A program made the translations under genes and the position numbers. Positions 61,868 through 64,000 of a stretch of DNA of 64,000 nt are shown here, one piece after another (the stretch's first letter is position 1; the number at the start of each line of letters is the position of its first letter). Where the stretch lies: NCBI GenBank assembly GCA_004022145.1, contig RCNU01000008.1. The stretch is one strand, 5' to 3'. The notes below the pieces were generated by a model. That model worked only from the letters and a program-made list of their open reading frames with translations. It was not told where the DNA came from and ran no database searches. Source of the stretch: Paecilomyces variotii. Lineage: Eukaryota.

Positions 61868-63553
61868 AATTGATGATGACCCTCACCATGGCTTACCGAA
61901 GTCAGCGAACAATTTCACATTTTCGGGTGACAGCGCTTTTATCTATGACGGGGCCACCTCAACATTGACATACTTCTTGGTGCAGCATACCCGTGAGCAG
62001 TCCATTCTCCGTAAGGACCGGGTGCTCCCCTTACGACTTCCTTTCCACTTATCTCGTGATAAGAATACGTCGGTGGCATCTTCAAGCAGTCCCTGCAGGT
62101 TTATTGTCATATTGGGCATAACTACATGGTTGACTGCTAAGTCGTACACAGAATGCGGCGCGAGATGATGATTTCTCAGTACGATAGTGTGGAGACCTAC
62201 AGACAGGCTCGTCCCAGTGGAAGAGAAGCAAATGTGCAAAGGAGGCAGCTTAGTGTGCTCTCTCCCTAGCCCATATGGAGCATAACCAGGGATATCTATG
62301 GGACCGAAACAACCCTAGTATGACCGACACAGTGGTGTTACTGCAGTGCTCTACCTTCGGTCTCACCTGGGTTCTCGTTGTGATAACACCACCATCGTGT
62401 GGATAAATAAGCATGTACGATACATTATGAAATAGCGCAATTTTCGAGAAAATATAGGAACCATTGTAATTGTATGACAGCCGTGTGCTTAAACTATACC
62501 GCTGGTAGTCCTCAGGACCCCTGTGATCATCCGTCAAGATCGGCTGCGTCCGAGGTTTGCAGATCTTTGACCCCGCCTTAGCAAGATGCGCACAAGACGA
62601 CCTTGCAAGCAAAGATGTCTAACGAGTGTGAAAATATAGTGGCGAAAGGGACTCCGGTAATATTCGAGATCGGAACTCGTAGCATGCAAGTGTCAGAAGA
62701 TGTTATGTCCAGCTGTGAGACATGGAGATAGATGAATATGGGAGTTGCCGCAGACTCCAGAGTGCCCTAATATCAGGCAACCAGCTAGAACGAGTCTAGA
62801 ACAGGGGAGGTTCTAAAACAATAGTACCTGGCTCTGGAGAGACGCTATCAGGCCAGTCTGTTCTTTGCCTGCCTTCTTTCCTGCTGCATTCTTGTTTGAG
62901 GCTACTAGTTACTGGATCCAATAAGAAAGAATTGTTTCCGTATATGTCATCTTGTACGAATAATAGCCATTCACATAGAGGATGATTATAGTTCTAGAAT
63001 CAAAGATGGGAGGCTTATTGTTCAGCGTCGCCGAGCTCCTCGAATCGCAGCATCGGGAAAGTAATCAACGACACAGAGGAATCTTGCTCAGCCCCCGGAT
63101 TTCTTAACTCGAGATCTTCTGGAACCAGTCAGAGAGTTCCTATATGAAAGACAAACGCATTCTAGGAGGTTACAAGAGTCATCTATTGCGGGTCACCAAC
63201 CAGATGTTCGCAGTTTAGGGAATTCATGGGCTGGTGGCGGAGTGCTACGGACCAATCAGAACGCGGGTGTTGTTAATTGCCTGATAACGGATGCGGATTC
63301 CCATCATGGTATGACAATGGCCTACGTAGTAGATTCTTCAAGTCTTCAAGATAAAAGGATCGTGTTTTCCCTCGATCTAGAGATTTGTTTTTCATTATTA
63401 TTCTAAGCCCAATTATCAGAAGCTGGGTCTCTTTGTTCTGCCTTGAATCAGAAAAAAATACCCGCTGTTTGTTCTTCGTTGCTTCGATCACCACCAAACA
63501 ATACCTCAAGCCACAACATTTACCCATACAAAAAACCTCACCTACTAGCCAAG

Positions 63554-64000
63554 ATGGTTCACCCTTCAACTTGCTGCAACATCTCTAAGGACGGTGGCTG
63601 TGTTTGCGCCGCGCAGGCCAGGTGCTCTTGCGGGAAGGAGAGCGCGGGACACTGCACATGCAACAAAGCTTCGAGCGAGAACAACATTACCGGTCCCAGA
63701 TGTTCATGCAGTATGTTACGCTCTCTCTTTTGTGCCTGGGGGACTACATAGATTACTGACATGTTTTCGTGTAACTAGGAGCACGACCTGCTGGCCAATG
63801 TACCTGTGAGCGGTCTGCAACTGAGAACCGATCTGTATCCGGCGATACCTGCCCTTGTGGAGCTAGACCTTCTGGTAAGTCTTGAATTCTTCTAATCTGT
63901 CTTTTTATATGTCATCAGAATGCTAACGAGAATGGTTACAGAGTCCTGCACATGCGAGAAGGCTGGCGCTGTCGATACTGCCGCTGAGGCACTCGAGACT
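63554..64000 (+). CDS. Cys-rich metallothionein-like copper-resistance protein (CrdA/Crd2-like), truncated by the window end; exons 63554-63710, 63779-63874, 63942-
   Basis: MVHPSTCC...CVCAAQARCSCGKESAGHCTCNKASSEN...CSCR|ARPAGQCTCERSATEN...CPCGARPS|ESCTCEKA...ALET, with repeated CxC motifs. Confidence 0.85.

Noticed and set aside
62250..62612. 120-aa minus-strand ORF between THOC1 and the metallothionein-like gene
   Set aside because: Non-ATG start and no motifs.
1..64000. Secondary-metabolite cluster or intact transposon
   Set aside because: No PKS, NRPS, terpene synthase, transposase, reverse transcriptase or tyrosine recombinase motifs were seen.

Overview
Eukaryotic, intron-containing DNA from a filamentous ascomycete; gene content, GT-AG introns with CTAAC/CTGAC branch points and protein resemblances point to Eurotiales (Aspergillus/Penicillium/Talaromyces-like). 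Most of the window is housekeeping genes: Rae1-like WD40 export factor, class II chitin synthase, DUF1774-like membrane protein, HAL2-like nucleotidase, leucine aminopeptidase 1, R3H-associated protein, BTB protein, two tandem tRNA-Lys(CTT) genes, an MFS permease, a PEBP, queuine tRNA-ribosyltransferase, an AN1 zinc finger, Hos3-type HDAC, Tfb2, a 10-exon hotdog thioesterase, Aquarius, THO subunit 1 and a CrdA-like metallothionein cut off by the window end. Genes the ORF track misses or fragments were rebuilt by hand from splice signals, including a standalone dsRBD-like microprotein at 27.8-28.3 kb. The clearest accessory segment is about 43.2-48.7 kb: a small Cys-rich ORF, a cryptic spliced gene, a decayed gene fragment and an HNH-nuclease pseudogene with RIP-like stop codons. 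I found no convincing novel multi-gene system. All family assignments come from recalled motifs, not database searches.
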